DNA from: Sminthopsis crassicaudata
Taxonomy: Eukaryota
Reading direction: 5' to 3'
Length of the DNA: 64,000 nucleotides
Assembly: GCF_048593235.1 (NCBI RefSeq)
Contig: NC_133618.1
Location: 12,626,468 to 12,690,467 of the forward strand
In this document: piece by piece, positions 61,077-64,000 of the stretch
Layout of the letters: each line of letters starts with the position of its first letter
Position numbering within the stretch: position 1 is the first letter of the stretch
Program-made: the position numbers and the translations under genes
Notes under the pieces: generated by a model
Told to the model about the DNA's origin: nothing
Seen by the model: the letters and a program-made list of their open reading frames with translations, nothing else
The model's database searches: none

Positions 61077-62009
61077 TGAGTTGTAGGAAGTGGAGACCAA
61101 AGAAGTGAGGTTGCTTGCCCAGGATTGAAGCCCAGGTGCCCTGCATCAGTCAGTCAATCTAGCATCTATTGTGCACTTACTGTGTGCTAGGCAGTGTAGC
61201 CTCTGGCAGCGACCTCAGAGGTCAGAGATCCAGCCCCACTTATTGAAAGAGGGAGAAGGATTCCATTGTAGACACAAGAAACAAGCACCTGAAGGTGGCA
61301 GAGGGCAAAAGCAAGGGTTGCCAAAGGAACGGTGATAGGACCGTCTGCTCCTTTGGTGACCCTTGTCTTTGTACTTTGAGGGCAGGATAGAAAGAACAGG
61401 GGAAAGAAGGCAGGAGGGAGAGGAGGGGGGTGTAAGTTCTCAGAGGGAGGAAGCTCAAGGGCTCTAATTCTGGCTCTGAAGCTGCAGAGGCCAGCGGTTC
61501 AATCATCTCATTTTACAGAATGGGAAACTGAGGCCCAGGGAAGTGAAGGGACTTTCTGAGGTTCCTCAGAGGCAGGATTGTAAAGTTTTCTCCCCAAACT
61601 CTTCCCCCTTCTCCAGCAGCTGACCCTCTCAGTCCCATTCCCATCTTATTATCTCCCCCTATCAACGGACAAGCTTTCATTCAATACCTGGGCTGGTCCA
61701 GTCATCCAAAAAGAAAATGGAATCTTTCCTACCCTCGGGATGTTCTATAGAACAGTTCTCAGCCCAAGACTTTAGCTTGAGACCGGATGGGGATTGTGGA
61801 GGAGGTCCGAGGAGCTGGGGCCATCTTGTTCCTGTTAAAAACAAGAGCAGGAACAGATGTGGCCCTCTGAGCACAGCTGGGTGGCCCTTAGCGCAGTCCC
61901 TGGGGACCATTTGTAGGGCCCAAGTCTTTTGTTGAATGTTCCAAGCCTTCCCGGTGGCTCTGCGCCCTGCTGCCCTTCCCCTTTGCACGAGGGCTCCGGA
62001 TTGCTGCCC

Positions 62010-63390
62010 AGATTTCCCTGGGCTCCCCTGCAGAGAGGGTTCATGTTAGCCTTCTTCCTCAAATGTTTCCCTTATAAAAGGGAAAAAACCCAAAATGATG
62101 TTCCAAAAGAGGGGAATAATATGTTTTCTAGATATTGCTGGGGCTCCCTTGCAGGGAGAGGGGTTCATGTTAGCCTTCTTCCTCAAATGTTTCCCTTATA
62201 AAAGAGAAAAAAACCCAAAATGATGTTCCAAAAGAGGGGAATAATATGTTTTCTAGATATTGCTGGGGCTCCCTTGCAGGGAGAGGGGTTCATGTTAGCC
62301 TTCTTCCTCAAATGTTTCCCTTAAAAAAGGGAAAAAACAAACAAAAAATGATGTTCTGACAGAGAATAATTTAGTGTTTTCTAGATATCGCTGGGGTTCC
62401 CCTGCAGGGAGAGGGGTTCATTTTAGCCTTCTTCCTCAAATGTTTCCCTTAAAAAAGGGAAAAAACCCAAAAAAATGATGTTCCAACTGAGAGGAATAAT
62501 GTTTTCTAGATATCGCTGGGACTCCCCTGCAGAGAGGAATTCATTTTAACTTTCTTCCTCAAATGTTTCCCTTAAAAAAGGGAAAAAACAAACAAACAAA
62601 AAATGATGTTCTGACAGAGAATAATTTAGTGTTTTCTAGATATCGCTGGGACTCCCCTGCAGAGAGGAATTCATTTTAACTTTCTTCCTCAAATGTTTCC
62701 CTTAAAAAAGGGAAAAAACAAACAAACAAAAAATGATGTTCTGACAGAATAATTTAGTGTTTTCTAGATATCGCTGGGGCTCCCCTGCAGAGAGAGGGGT
62801 TCATTTTAGCCTTCTTCCTCAAATGTTTCCCTTAAAAGGGAAAAAACCCAAAATAATGTTCTAACAGAGGGGAATAAGTTTTCTAGATATTTCTGGGGCT
62901 CCCTTGCAGGGAGAGGGGTTCATTTTAGCCTTCTTCCTTAAATGTTTCCCTTAAAAAAGGGAAAAAACCCCAAAAAATGATGTTCCGACTGAGAGGAATA
63001 ATGTTTTCTAGATATCGCTGGGACTCCCCATGAGAGAGGAGTTCATTTTAACTTTCTTCCTCAAATGTTTCCCTTTAAAAAAGGGAAAAAAAACAAACAA
63101 AAAATGATGTTCTGACAGAGAATAATTTAGTGTTTTCTAGATATCGCTGGGGCTCCCCTGCAGAGTGAGGTTCATTTTAGCTTTCTTCTTCAAATTTTTC
63201 CTTTAAAAAAAGGAAAAACCCCCCAAAAATGATGTTCTAACAGAGGGGAATAATTTAATGTTTTTTAGATATCACTGGGGCTCTCCCACAGAGAGCGGTT
63301 CCCTTTAGCCTTCTTCCTCAAAATTTTCCCTTAAAAAAAGGAAAAAAAAAGGATGTTCTAACAGAGGGGAATAATTTAGTGTTTATTTGG
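62010..63390. repeat. About 125-bp minisatellite (11 copies) in intron 7
   Basis: ttcttc(c/t)t(c/t)aaa anchor at 62052, 62176, 62301, 62429, 62552, 62682, 62812, 62931, 63054, 63183, 63311 (119-130 bp spacing). Confidence 0.95.
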
Positions 63391-63689
63391 ATAAAGTAAG
63401 ACCATATTCAGAGCCTCAGGAAAATTCTCTCCCTGATTGAAGCTGTCATCTTGAGCGTTTCCCAAAAGCTCTAGCAGCGGATTCACTTGGCCTCCTCAGG
63501 GGCTTGGCTGATCCGGGAAAACCAGTTGGGGTGGGCAGCGTGGAGGAAGGAAGCCCTCTCTCGTTTGCTTTGTGGGCTTAGAGTCAGGTGTAGAACTGGA
63601 GAGAGAGCTCCAAGATCCGCCATCATTAGAAATGTGTCCCAAGTGACCCGGGTCCCATGTTTGGCAGAGCCCTCAGTCATGGAAGGACT

Positions 63690-63840
63690 GGAGGTTAAGA
63701 GCTAGCTGCCCATTGGGCAGGGGATTACCTAGTGGTCGATTGCCCATCACGGCAGGCCTTTGAGTAGAAGCTGGATGAGCACTTGGAGGGTCAAGGCCTC
63801 TTGGCCGGAGCCACATGGATACTCTGAGACTCTGGTGTTT
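63690..63840 (+). mobile_element. L3/CR1 3' fragment
   Basis: cccatcacggcaggcctttgagtagaagctggatgagcacttgg resembles the CR1/L3 3' end. Confidence 0.55.
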
Positions 63841-64000
63841 GCTTAGTTCTTTGAATCTAGTGAACAATATTTCTTATGCATTCGTTTAATCAACAAGCAT
63901 TTATTCAGCACCATTCAACAAGCATATATTAAGTACTTACTATATACCTGGCACTCATAGGCAAACCCAATCTCTGTCCATAAGGAGCTTCCATTCTAAT

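Noticed and set aside
62010-63390. Possible tandem C/D-box snoRNA cluster (atgatg...ctga motifs)
   Set aside because: ATGATGT is not a full C box; CTGA is adjacent (2 nt) rather than 60-90 nt away and is absent from many units; no terminal stem.

Overview
Eukaryotic genomic DNA from a marsupial, most likely a dasyurid such as the Tasmanian devil. This is inferred from WSINE1/MAR1-type SINEs, marsupial L1 3' ends and an OC1-type hAT MITE. The draft assembly has 11 N-gaps. The window holds the CpG-island promoter and coding exons 1-7 (codons 1-230) of the short (B) isoform of DPYSL2/CRMP2 on the + strand. All seven exons have GT-AG boundaries and splice in frame (39+89+185+165+62+81+69 = 690 nt); intron 3 is 39,186 bp; exons 8 onward lie beyond the window. 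The rest is intronic or intergenic: MIR/MIR3, L2, L3/CR1, L1 and SINE remnants, microsatellites and an unusually large number of minisatellite arrays, several built from retroposon fragments. I found no new protein-coding or multi-gene system; the long ORFs in the track are GC-rich, low-complexity or N-gap artefacts. The most notable observations are: (1) an OC1-like hAT MITE with TIRs and TSD, from a family known for horizontal transfer; (2) three independent tandem arrays built from the MIR3/L3 3' end; (3) a CT-repeat/oligopyrimidine 5'UTR element apparently shared with human DPYSL2; (4) candidate SoxE-dimer, CRE and paired-homeodomain P3 regulatory sites; (5) hairpin-bearing minisatellites. 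Repeat-family names and human comparisons are from recalled consensus sequences, not database searches.
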